Source of the DNA: Octopus sinensis
Lineage: Eukaryota
Assembly (NCBI RefSeq): GCF_006345805.1
Contig: NC_043008.1
Location: 53,382,001 to 53,446,000 of the forward strand
Reading direction: 5' to 3'
DNA length: 64,000 nucleotides
In this document: positions 39,180 through 52,894 of the stretch, in pieces
How positions within the stretch are numbered: the stretch's first letter is position 1
Layout of the letters: each line of letters begins with the position of its first letter
Program-made: the position numbers and the translations under genes
Notes under the pieces: generated by a model
Told to the model about the DNA's origin: nothing
The model's input: only the letters and a program-made list of their open reading frames with translations
The model's database searches: none

Positions 39180-39513
39180 ATTTTTTTACTTGTTTCAGTC
39201 ATTTGACTGTGGCCATGCTGGAGCCCGCCTTTAATCAGCAATTCGACCCCTGGATTTTATTCTTTTTTTTGTAAGCCCAGTAATTTTCTATCGGTCTCTT
39301 TTGCCGAACCGCTAGGTAACGGGGACATAAACACACCAGCATCGGTTGTAAGCAATGCTAGGGGGACAAACACAGAACACAAACACACACACACACACAC
39401 ACACACATATATTATATATATACATATATATGACCAGACTCCTTTCAGTTTCCGTCTACCAAATCCACTCACAAGGCATTGGTCGGCCCGAGGCTAAGTA
39501 GAAGACACTTGCC
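39180..39513 (-). mobile_element. SINE family C, head-truncated
   Basis: Family C body; ends at GACACTTGCC next to the TA run preceding a mariner. Confidence 0.85.
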
Positions 39514-39527
39514 TATATATATATATA

Positions 39528-40515
<988 letters not shown>

Positions 40516-40904
40516 ACGGAAGACGGAATATAGAAGAATCCTTATTGATCTCTACAATCGTTTCGACCCATCTAGCATCGATCCGTCGTGGGGTATATTG
40601 TACAACCCTCTCATTAATGACATAACCGACGAAAACGGAGGAATTCCCGAGGAAGATCGAGTTCCATTTATAATACTACTACCGCGGATGGCCTCAGCTA
40701 GCCATTGGCAGTGAACGTGCTTTGTCGGGAACCTACCAGGTGTATACCATATGCTTAATTAACTACTAATTGTACATGCATACACACTCACAGACACACA
40801 CACAGACACACACACACACACACACATATATATATGTTTGTATGCGCGAATGTATGTGCATGTGTGTGGTTAGCTCTGCTGATTTTGTGTCTGTGTGTAT
40901 GTAT

Positions 40905-41226
40905 CTTTACTCTTTTACTCTTTTACTTGTTTCTGTCATTTAACTGTGGCCATGCTGGAGCACCACCTGTGGTCGTGCAAATCGACCCCAGGACTTACTT
41001 TTTGTAAGCCTAGTCACTTTCTGGCGAACCGCTAAATTACGGGGACGTAAACACACCAACATCGGTTGTCAAGCGATGTTGGCGGGGGTAGGGAACGAAC
41101 ACAGACACACAAACATATACACATACATACTTATATATATATATATATATATTATATAATAATATATATATATATGTACATATATACGACGGGGGCTTCT
41201 TTCAGTTTCCGTCTACCAAATCCATC
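40905..41226 (-). mobile_element. SINE family C
   Basis: Family C body and internal microsatellite. A decayed copy also lies at about 41960-42320. Confidence 0.85.
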
Positions 41227-42424
41227 ACAAGAAACCTCTGATTCACGACGCTATTGTTTACCAGTCGCTATCTAAAATAATAAATAAATATTTAAATTCA
41301 TAAATAAATAGATAATGTTGAAACATTTTTCCCGAAACAAAATCGATTACCGATGTGTTTGTTGTTGTTGTTTTTGTCGTCATCGTCGTCTTCGTTGTTG
41401 AAGTTGTTGTTGTCGTTGTTGTATGTGTGTTTGATTGCTCGTTTCTTTCCCTCGTTTCTCTGCCTCGCAACTAAGAAGTAGGAAAACAGTCATTGAAGAA
41501 AATTGAATAAAACAGACAGGAACGAAAATCTATAAAGAACACGAGTTGTCAAAGAGAATACTCGAGGGGTATTTATTGAGTTCCTGATTTGATTGGCTGT
41601 TTTGTTTGTTTTTTTTTTTTTTTTTTTGCCTTCCCCGTTTCTCTCTTCGATGGAATATTGATGAAATATTTTAACGACTTCATTTTGTATTTCCGGACCT
41701 GATTGCTTTTAAACACCTTAAAAGCATCGTTTTAAAGTGAAACAAAGCGACTGCAGTCGGATAATTGAATCACACAGTTCTGATTTCTGTCTTTCGTTTC
41801 TTAAAACACATTTGCTGTGTTTCCGTCAAACGACTTCTTACAAAAAAACGTCTTCAAGAGTCGACCCAAATAAAGGGATATTATTATGTCTGCTAGAAAT
41901 AGCAGCCAAATATTTTCGAAGCTACATAGAGGTGTTTAAAACACAGGAAGATGTTCTTTACTTTTTTACGTGTTTTAGTCATTGGGTGTGGCTATGCTGG
42001 AGCACCGTCTTGAACGACTCCAATACATGTATTTTTAATTCTGATACTTATTCTATCGATCTTTTGTTTCTTACCGAAATTCTATGTTACGGGGACATAA
42101 AACCCACAGGGATTAAATGATTGGTGGGGGTGACAAACACGAACACACACACATATACGCAACGGTCTTCTTTCAGTCCCGTCTACCGACTCTACTCACA
42201 AGGTTTTAATCGAACCGAGACTAGAGCAGAAAATACTTGCCCAAGGTGCCAACAGTGGAACTGAACCTAAAACCATGTGGTTGGGAAACAAACTTCTTAC
42301 CACACAACCAAGCATGTGCCTATATAAAAAACTGGAGACACTGTCTGAAAACAGAAGGTAGCAGTACGCCAGGAGTTCTTTTGACTATAGACCTGTTTCA
42401 AATAATGTGTAATATTTCCTTTCT

Positions 42425-43300
42425 AAGGCGGCGAGCTGGCAGAGACGTTAGCACGCCGGGCGAAATGCTTCGCGATATTTCGCGATATTTCGCCCGTCGC
42501 TACGTTCTGAGTTCAAATTCCGCCGAGGTCAACTTTGCCTTTCATCCTTTCGGGGTCGATTAAATAAGTACCAGTTACGCACGGGGGTCGATATAATCGA
42601 TTTAATCCGTTTGTCTGTCCTTAGTTGGCCTCTCTGTGTTCGTCTCCTTGTGGGTAGTAAAGAAATAGGTATTTCGTCTGCTGTTACGTTCTGAGTTCAA
42701 ATTCCACCTAGGTCGACTTTCTTCCTTTCGGGGTCGATTAAATAAGTGCCAGTTTCCCACTAGGGTCGATATAATCCCAAAAATTTCGGGCCTTGTGCCT
42801 AGAATAGGAAAAAATATTTCCTTTCTGCTATAGGCACAAGGAATGAAATATTGGGGAGTGGTGAGTCTATTATAGAGACCCCAGTGTTTTACTGGTACGG
42901 AATTTATTGACCTCGAAAGGATGAGATGCAAAGTTGACCTCGGCGGAATTTGACGTAAAGACGGCTGAAATACCCGTAAGCATTTTGCCCGCTGTGATAA
43001 CTATTCTGCTTGCTCGCCTCTTTACTCATGTTTAATATCAACCATCAGAAATAGGCGGAAGAATTATTAGCATGCCGGACTAGAGTGCTTGGCAGTATTT
43101 TTACGCGTCTTCATTTTTTTAGTTCAAATTCCGCTGTGTTCGGCTTTAGTACAGTTGAATACTGGGGTGGATGTAATCGACTAGCCGCCCCTTTGCTCGA
43201 AATTGCTGGTACTCAGCCAAAATTTGAAATCAATATTAACTAAGATAAAAAGGCGGCGAACGTGCAGAATCGTTAGCATGCCGAACTAAAGTGCTCAGCA
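42425..43300. mobile_element. SINE family D cluster (mixed orientation, includes a dimer)
   Basis: Head GGCGGCGAGCTGGCAGAGACGTTAGCACGCCGGGCG; junction at 42668/42669. Confidence 0.85.
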
Positions 43301-45339
43301 GTATTTTGGTGAACATGATTGAATACCGAAGTAAAAGTATTTAAATTAGCTTCTCTACAGTTTGTATTTGAATCTGGTCGAAGTGAATTTTGCATCATTT
43401 TATCAGTTTGAGTTCCATAATAAAGCTTTTGGTAGCACACTGGTTTTAATTTAAGTAACCCTATACGCCTCAAGACAACAAGAAACGCATTGCCCAAAGG
43501 AGAATCCAAACTGATGGTGACATTATCAAGATTGAAGAAGCCGGTTAACTTTTTCCACATTGCAATTAGTAATTCGATATTAGACAACAAAATGATAACA
43601 AAAAAACAAATCTGATAATCTACTCGTTTTACATGTCAAAAAATATAAATCCTAAAGTTTCAAAATTATGTCATATTACAAAAACAAAGATTTTAATGAA
43701 AAATATTTTAAGCACTTTTTTCCTTTCTTGATTCGGAATCTTGTGTAAACAGAAATTTTATTAGAATAACATTTTGGATTGTATAAACTAATCTGGCGAC
43801 TGTTTAAACACTTCTAAGCTGAAAACATTGCAGCAAATAGAACTCCATAACATAATAGGAGGGAATGCAGAAATTATCAGTATAAAATTGTCAATATTGG
43901 ATAAGGCTATCGCGTTTAGGAAGGTGTCGGCGAAATGTTATCAATGCTTTGCAGAGAAACTACATATTTAGTCAAAACTGATACGGCACAGAAAAACTCG
44001 TAATTTGTTAGAATATACAAAAGATAAACCATTTTACGACGACTGTGCTGTGCTCACGATTATAGCACTTAGATAGCGGATAAATTAGTTCACCCAGATT
44101 TCAACAGTTACTACGTGCTAAGGGCGACTCGCCGAGAATACAAGTGTGATAAAATGATTGGTGTATCGGTTATGGACGTTGCTGCTTTTGTTATAATTGT
44201 TATAATTGTATTAGCGCAATATCAACTATTATCAAACAGATATATTATCAAATGCGTTGCAATTGTGTACCATCCATTTTTGTGTCTTATCGGGAACCAC
44301 GTTGTTCAATGTAGACGTCTTTATGTAATAGGATATGATGTAAATTCCGGGAAATTTGGTTGCTATTTACAGATATTGGATTGACTATATATGAGTGTGG
44401 TTCACTTGTTGACTCGTCATGGATGTTGTTTCGATCGGTTCTGTGTTAAAATATGACTTATACGTACAGACGGGTACATTCAAAAGTGATTACCCCAAGA
44501 TATTGCACTAAGACATAATCTTCACCGACATCTCTACACTCGAGGTTGTTGCTCGATCTACAAGAAATACCAGCTGAAAATTTCCTCAAAAACAACGCAT
44601 TGTTTAATAATTTACAGTGAAAGTCACCTGTTGCAAAAAAACAAAAACGAAAATACAAAAGAAAAGGATGAGAGGTTCACCGTGGGAGTGTCATTGATGC
44701 TACAAAAAGGTCGTATGACCACATTTTGATCTAACCTAGAGCTGAGCTAAACATCAACAGAGAGTAAACATTAGCAAAAGGCAACGCTTTGTGGTTCATA
44801 TCTCTTACACCAATGCGATCAATTCTCAATGCTATACGTAATGGCAAAGTTAATGTTTATATGTTGGGTACGAAGCTATTCTCACCGGAACAAACAATAT
44901 ATATATATATATATATAATATTATATATTATGTATATATATATATATGTGTGTGTGTATGTATGTATGCATGTATAAATAAGTAAACAAGTAAATAAAAG
45001 TATAAAATAAATGTAAAGAACAATGTTTCGACTTGCTGAGCTCAGTACAGATCCAAACACCGATCGTTGGAAAACATTTACGCGTGGTATTTAGCTTGTA
45101 GAGGTTAATAATGTCAACGATACATAGATGATCGTATTAATATAATATGATCATGCGGTCGCTCAGCCGAGTAGAGTTTAATCAATTAAGTAATTAATTA
45201 TTTAAATATTAACCTCCATAAAACTATTGAACTTAAGATGGTATTATGCCAATTCATACAATTTGAAAATGTTATTTCAATCATGTGCAGCATTGTATTG
45301 CATAGTGTATATAGGTGTTTATATGTATGTATGTATGTG

Positions 45340-45410
<71 letters not shown>

Positions 45411-45501
45411 TATGTATGTATGTTTGTATGTATGTATGTATGTATGATGTATGTATATATATATATACGTTTGTATATATATATATATATTTACATATAT
45501 A

Positions 45502-45862
45502 CAAGGGTTGGACAAAATAATGGAAACACCTAGCATCATACCATCATAATTTTGAAATATCTACGACCGTCAAAATCTTGTTTATTTTTATGTTTCTTAT
45601 TTCTTATTATTGTTGCTTAATATGTTTTGTTAAAATGGCTGTTCATTAAAATGACAGATCTATCGGACTTTCCAAGAGGTAAAATTGTTGGTGCTCGTAT
45701 GGCAGTTGCTAGCGTAAGGAAAACAGCCGAAATGTTTGATGTATCAAGAAGTATTGTCTCGAAAGTAATGACAGCCTTTGAAAAACTGGGAAAAACCTCA
45801 TCGTTGAAACAAAACTCCGGAAGAAAACCAAAAGTTTCTGATAGGGACCGTCGATCCAATAC
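45502..45862 (+). mobile_element. Tc1-family transposon 5' part (TIR plus HTH N-terminus)
   Basis: TA|CAAGGGTTGGACAAAATAATGGAAACACC terminus; MTDLSDFPRGKIVGARMAVASVRKTAEMFDVSRSIVSKVMTAFEKLGKTSS.KQNSGRKPKVSDRDRR (paired HTH, GRPR-like); truncated. Confidence 0.85.
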
Positions 45863-46348
45863 AATATAATTTATAGAACTATACACGACTTGTCCACGTA
45901 AAATTAGACGTGTGTATAGTTCTACCGATTTCATTGAGGTTACTTTCAAATGTCTAAGTTCTGGCGCGCTAAATCGTGTGTCTGTGTGTGTTTGTTTGTC
46001 ACCCCACCATCACTTGACGATGTTGGTGTATTTACGTCCTCGAAACCAACGGTTCGGCAAAAGAGACTGATACAGTAAGTCCTGGTGTTACTTTATTCGA
46101 CTAAAGGCAGTGCTCCAGAATGGCCGCACTCAAATGACTGAAACAAGTAAAAGAATATGGCATATTGAATTTAATTCAAGGACTCCCAGTAGGGCTCCGC
46201 GGACCCTAGGCTGGGAACCATTGCTCTAGCAGAAGACAATTGTTCATGTAAGCGTGTTGGGTGACTGAACTGGAAACCATATGGCTGCGGAGAGAATTTC
46301 TTAACCACTCAACAAACAAAAGCAAGCGTACACAAACACACGGACAAC

Positions 46349-46417
<69 letters not shown>

Positions 46418-46420
46418 CAC

Positions 46421-46494
<74 letters not shown>

Positions 46495-46495
46495 G

Positions 46496-46544
<49 letters not shown>

Positions 46545-46599
46545 GAACCCAGAAATTGAAAACAGAGGGTTACCCACTTGCAAACAAATGTGGTAACAT

Positions 46600-46950
46600 A
46601 TAACAATATTGACCAAGGTTACCGTGGTCTTTTTCGTAGGCTTTTCTTCCCACGAAACCTTACTTGCTTTCCCCTTTAGACCATATATCATAACACTGTG
46701 ATACACGATCCCTATTGATCGTTTTTTTTCCTCTTCCCCTTTTTTGTCCCCTTTTTTCTTCTTTTTTCATTTCTCTTTCCTTTTGTTCCTTTTCCTTTTT
46801 TTCCCCCTTTTACGATCCCTCTTGATCGAAAACCTACGCCACCCCCTTTTTTTTCTTTTGTTTTTTGTTCTCTTCATCCCCCAAAAGAAAAGCTCTACCT
46901 TGTAACTTGTCCCATCTGTGTGCAGCCCTGTGTGGCCAATAAAGAAACTT
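46600..46950 (+). mobile_element. probable LINE 3'UTR with AATAAA followed by a (TCTA)n tail
   Basis: Pyrimidine-rich UTR ending GCAGCCCTGTGTGGCCAATAAAGAAACTT directly before an ATCT array. Clade not determined. Confidence 0.4.
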
Positions 46951-47049
46951 ATCTATCTATCTATCTATCTATCTATCTGTCTGTGTCTGTCTATTTGTCC
47001 GTCTATTCATCTATCTGTCTTTCCGTGTCTCCGTCTGTCTATCTGTCAG

Positions 47050-47126
<77 letters not shown>

Positions 47127-47220
47127 ATATCTATCTGCCTATCTGTCTGACTGTAAGTTTCTGTCTGTCTGATTGCCTGTCCGCCTACCTGTCTGTCTGT
47201 CTGTCTTCTTTCTGTTTTTT

Positions 47221-47331
<111 letters not shown>

Positions 47332-47821
47332 GTAAACACGTTTCACTGATTGCGTGCAATAACAACTAGCCAATCAGCATGCGTTATATTCACACGTCGT
47401 CATCTCCTTTACCGACTTCTTCTAGAGGGGGAGATGGTGACGTATAACATCATTATTTAATAAATATGGCTCTAAGTGAGTTTCCAGGATGCGAACAGGT
47501 GAAGTGGCTTCTTACAAATATAACAACATTATTTTGTCACGGATGAAATAGCAATTCGTTCCCTCTTTGTTGCGCTTGTCAGTTTTTCAACACTTGTCCA
47601 AACATTTAATCAACTCATAATCGAGACATGTCTAAGTAAATATTTTTAGGCGAATCAAAGCCATTATTTCAGATACGGAAATAGCGTTTTGTAAGATTTC
47701 AGTAGCAAGCTTTCTGATTTAGGATGTTTGTGATCGATAGAGAAATAATTAGATGGTTAAAGTCGTACACAGAAAATACACATGCATTTATACAAACGTA
47801 ACTGCATAAATGCCTACATAC

Positions 47822-48465
47822 AGCGCAGGAGTGGCTGTGTGGTAAGTAGCTTGCTAACCAACCACATGGTTCCGGGTTCAGTCCCACTGCGTGGCATCTT
47901 GGGCAAGTGTCTTCTGCTATAGCTCCGGGCCGACCAATGCATTGTAAGTGGATTTGGTAGACGGAAACTGAAAGAAGCCTGTCGTATATATTTCTGGCCG
48001 AAATCAGATCGCCATGTTGATTCGTTAGTTACTGCACGCATTTTTTTCTCTCCTTCTTTCTGTGTTTTTTTTCTCTGTGTATCTTTCTGTTGAAGAGCGT
48101 AGGCTCGAAACGTTAAAGACTTGTTTTATTTATATTTCCTGAGGGCCATATTAATACAATTGTTTGTTTGTTTTCCACCTGCCTTCGTCTTTTGTCTATT
48201 TTCATAAAGCTTCCCGTTATATATATACATATATATGTATGTGTGTGTATTTGTGTGTCTAAGTTTGTCCCCCTAGCATTGCTTGACAACCAATGCTTGT
48301 GTGTTTACGTCCCCGTCACTTAGCGGTTCGGCAAAAGAGACCGATAGAATAAGTACTGGGCTTGCAAAAAATAAGTCCCGGTGTCGATTTGCTCGACTAA
48401 AGGCGGTGCTCCAGCATGGCAGCAGTCAAATGACTGAAACAAGTAAAAGAGTAAAGAGTAAAGAG
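47822..48465 (+). mobile_element. SINE family C split by a Penelope-like repeat
   Basis: Head about 47822-47990 and tail about 48245-48465, with a PLE-like segment at about 48020-48215 sitting in the internal TA tract. Confidence 0.8.
48082..48119 (+). ncRNA. hammerhead-ribozyme-like motif (minimal type I, variant core) in a Penelope terminal repeat
   Basis: TCTTT-CTGTTGA-A-GAGC(GTAG)GCTC-GAAAC-GTT-AAAGA: stem I TCTTT/AAAGA, stem II 4 bp, palindromic ACGT stem III. A6 is replaced by U. Activity untested. Confidence 0.55.
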
Positions 48466-50625
48466 TATACATACATACATAAATACATACATACATACAC
48501 ATACATACATACATACATACATACATACATACATACATACATACTTAATACATACATACATGTACGTTTGCATAAATAATACACACAGACGAATATGGGT
48601 TTTCTATGGTTAAATAATTAAGTTATTTGCTTCGTCGCTGCGGCGCCTCAAGTTCAATCCCACAGCATGGTATACTGGGTAATTTTTATTTTTTATTTTG
48701 CATAGTAACATATTGGAGCAGTCGCGTATTGGAGCAGGGGCGTATTATTGATGAAGTTGCGACTAGTGATGAAAGAACTGAGAAATCTGATTGATTGACA
48801 CAACAATTAATCAAACAATTGATTAGTTAATTAGTTAAAACTTAACGAAATGAATTGACTAATAATAATAAAAGAGATGCAATAGAACCAATGCGCGTGT
48901 TCCTTTTTGACTTAATGACCCTCCCAAAATACAACAAAGGCGACCCATATTTTGTGAGTGAAATTAAGTAGACGAAAACTACACAGATGTCAGTCGGGTA
49001 GATTGTACATACAACTCAAAAGCTACAATCTTGTCACACACGCTTTAATTCTATTATGAGAATTACATTAAGGGTGCAGACGCCTGCGAGATACTCAGCC
49101 AGGTACTTCAGTTGATCGAACAAGTGGATACACTTCTATCTTTCGTGAAGAAGTACTTTCGACTTAGCTTAGAAGCTCCAAGGTATTCGATACTGATGAG
49201 AGAAAATCATGCCGAAACGCCGGTATTTTCAGCAACGTCTTGTGGTTCAAACACAAACATCTCTTACAGAGGTTTCCTTAAGAGAAAATAGTATATCAAA
49301 TGCGTTTTCACGCTTTATACATATCATATATGTTAAACAGACAAGCATTTTACTTCTTGTTTGTACTGGTACATGCGACGGTATTTACCCGGAGTGGCTG
49401 AGCCGACTCCGATCAAAGAGTTCACCACATCCCTCACGAATCTAGAAGGCAAGGCGACATTTCTGCATCCCGCCAGAAAATTCGGTTTGCAAATTTGACA
49501 AATGAGCCATTGAGAGTGCAAGAGCATCGGGAAGCGCCGACGCCGTGACAATAGTTGTCATTTGTTGTTGCCGTGTAGGGATCATGTTAGAACTCCCAAA
49601 CAGGCATTTCAATTTTAGGCTGTTTCAAATTCGTACATTAACTGAATATCCCTTATAGAATCCGAGGGAAAGCTATTTATCCCTCCAGCTAGCCGCAATA
49701 GGTATCTGTCTTTCTGTCTCTCTGTCTCTCTGCCCCTCTCTCTCCCCGCATATATATATATATGTTGTGTGTGTGTGTGTATATGTATATATATATATGT
49801 ATATTTATATATATGTATATGTATATATATATGTATATATATATGTATATATGTATATATATATATGTATATATATGTATATATATATATGTATATATAT
49901 ATATACATATATATATATATAATATATATATATGTGTGTGTGTGTGTGTGGTGTGTATGTGTGTGCGCGTTATGTATGTATGTATGTGTGTGTGTCTTGC
50001 TTCCCCTTCTTCTCTCGCTTGCCTATCAATATTTGAAATGGAGATGAGCTGAGAGGAATAATCAATGGAGCTAGCGGTCTGTATTTGTACAACGACAACA
50101 AATAAGGGTTTATTGCATAATAAACCAGATAATTTTTTTGTCGTATTGAAACTATCTCCTCTTTCAGGGCAAGACAGAACAACCGCTTTTGGCAGCTGGT
50201 GCCAACTGCAGACGTGTATAGGAGATTACCCCAAGAATCAAAAATACGTTAAAACTGATATTTCATTGAGCGAATACAGAGTCACATCATTTCATGTATG
50301 CATGTAAGAATATATGTATGTGTGTTTTTGTATGTGTGTATGTGTGTTTATCAATAAATATATGATAACTGGAAACGAAATCCTCATGAAAACAAGTAAC
50401 TACTTCTAGCGTAAAAGTATATTTACAGGACGTAAGCGAAATATATTATCTCTCTCAGAAGTATTGATGTTTGGAAATGTCTTATGCTTAAGTTTCTTTA
50501 CCAGAGCAAAGCATAAACTTGGATATATTTACAGATATACATATGCATACAAACATATATATTGCATACGTACTTAGATACATACAAACATATATATATA
50601 GATACATACATATATCTCTCTTTCA

Positions 50626-50690
<65 letters not shown>

Positions 50691-51883
50691 TATATATGTA
50701 TATGGTGCAGTGCAGCGACTGCGTAAATATGTTCAGCATTACTCACGGTTTCATGACCTATGATCAACTCGGAACTTTATTACGTACTCCACAAAAGAAG
50801 TTAACGCTCAATTTGAGGCGAAGTTAAATGATATAACCATATTGATTTCTTTCTAGTTCGGTAAAGAAGTTTCTGGTGCGTCGACAGTATTTTCTTCCAA
50901 CGCAGTATAAGCTGTACTATTAAACGGTACTACTGTTATATGTTTATAGATTTTAACCAACGTCGCATGTGAAGATTGATGCGAAAGAAAAAGAGAAAGA
51001 AAAAGGAAAAGATCTTTTATGTAGGAAAAGTTTTAGTGCATATTGTTCGTCCTGTGTCATATGTTTGACTTTGAACTGCATCGGATTGTGGAGCCCTGTT
51101 TAGGATAATCTGGTGTGTTGAGGAGTGTGAAAACACCTTTTAGATTATAATATAACAAGGTCTACTCTGAGCAGGAGTAATTGCTTGGGTCAGAGTGCCA
51201 CTTGTGGGTCAATTTGAATGTTAGGAACAGCTTATCTACGTATCTGAACAATGTGGAAGTGCATGGCTTAGTGGTTAGAATGTTGGACTCATGATTGTAA
51301 GATTGTGGTTTCGATTCCAGGAGCAGGCGACGCTTCGTGTTCTTGAGCAAAGCACCTCATTTCACGTTGATCTAGTCCACTCACCTGGGAGAAATAAGTA
51401 AACCTGCGACGGATTGGCGTCCCGTCCAGGTGGGGAATATACACCCCATGTAACTAGGAAACCGGCCCCTACAGAAAAAACTTGACCTTTGCCATTACCA
51501 TGTCAACACTGAATATGGTGGACTTTGAGGGAAAAAAACGTTCATGACTCAAAAGTGAGGAAGGTAGTTTCAGCAATGCATTCTAGAGTGCAGAGATCAA
51601 GGTGAGACAAGTAAGCAATCTTGATCTTCTCTGCATCCGTCTCCATCCGCAGTCATCTTGACCGGGTCTTGCTCCTAGATGGTCACGGACAAGAGATTGA
51701 CTGTGCACAACTCCTCTTCACTGTGAGCAAAACCACAGCGCAAGTCAATGGTCATCCTTAAGCAGGACTAGATGGTCCTCGTCGCTCCAAGAGACGCGCA
51801 TGAGTATTTCTTGTCTCAGCTAAACGAATTAATCTCCTGTGGAGGTGCAATGGCCTAGTTGTTAGGGCAGCGGACTCGCGGTC

Positions 51884-51936
<53 letters not shown>

Positions 51937-51949
51937 CTAAAGACAATTA

Positions 51950-52135
51950 CTCTTTTACTCTTTTTACTCTTTTTCAGTCATTTGACTGCGGCCAATTCTG
52001 GAGCACCGCTTTTAGTCGAGAAAATTGATCCCAGGACTTACTCTTTGTAAGCCTAGTACTTATTCTATCGGTCTCTTTTACCGAATCACTAAGTTACGGG
52101 GACGTAAACACACCGCCATCGGTGGTCAAGCGAAG
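51950..52135 (-). mobile_element. SINE family C 3' half
   Basis: TACTCTTTTACTC...TTTAGTCGAG...AAGTTACGGGGACGTAAACACACC. Confidence 0.85.
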
Positions 52136-52266
52136 TTGGGAGGAGTCTTTCCTGAGCGTCCAATAACACTATACGTGTTCCACGTCCTCGCGTTGTGGTG
52201 TTTTCTCTTTGTGTCTTCATGTTTGGATTAACTTCATATATATATATAATATATATATATATATAT

Positions 52267-52332
52267 AAACAATTGCAGCGTGGAAGGTGTTTCTTAAATG
52301 GTGTACAAACACCTTCCACGCTGCAATTGTTT
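52267..52332. repeat. perfect 26-bp inverted repeat with 14-nt loop
   Basis: AAACAATTGCAGCGTGGAAGGTGTTT (52267-52292) / AAACACCTTCCACGCTGCAATTGTTT (52307-52332). Confidence 0.95.
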
Positions 52333-52407
52333 TCGTTTCAGCACACGATCTCAGATCAAATCACTTGCTATGCAAGTACATCTCCGTAATATATATATAT
52401 AATATAT

Positions 52408-52462
<55 letters not shown>

Positions 52463-52894
52463 TGTGTTTGTGTGTTTGAGGTTGCGTTCTATTTGATATT
52501 CTGAAGTGATTTGCTCGACATGCTACAAACAATAGCTACATCTTCCTAACATGTTTTTGAAAATTGTGGGACACTTGTTTTTATCCTAAGTCAACCGTGA
52601 CTCTCGGCAAATCTAAACGTGTCCGCAGGGTGGATACGGTTGTTTAAGATTACATTATCCAATGTGTCTTTTTATTATTTAAAATGTTAAGAACCAGTTT
52701 GAGGGTGGATTGTCTGCTGCTTCTACGTGGTCGATTGACTCTTTGGTGGCTTTTGTTGTTGACTTGAATCACCCTTGGCTAGATTTCGTTAGGGTTAATT
52801 ACATTCCAAGATTTCGTTAGGGTTAATTTCAATCCCCGTCAGAGTCGTCAGCGACTCATCCACAGGAATCAATAAAAATTAATTACTACTCAAC

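Noticed and set aside
49430-49575. Minus-strand EFSGGMQKCRLAF, resembling an ABC signature
   Set aside because: The frame is only 47 codons with no Walker motifs around it; coincidence.
50746-50800. Minus-strand strong donor ACC|GTGAGT
   Set aside because: The best upstream acceptor gives stops in all three frames, so at most a UTR or micro-exon; unsupported.
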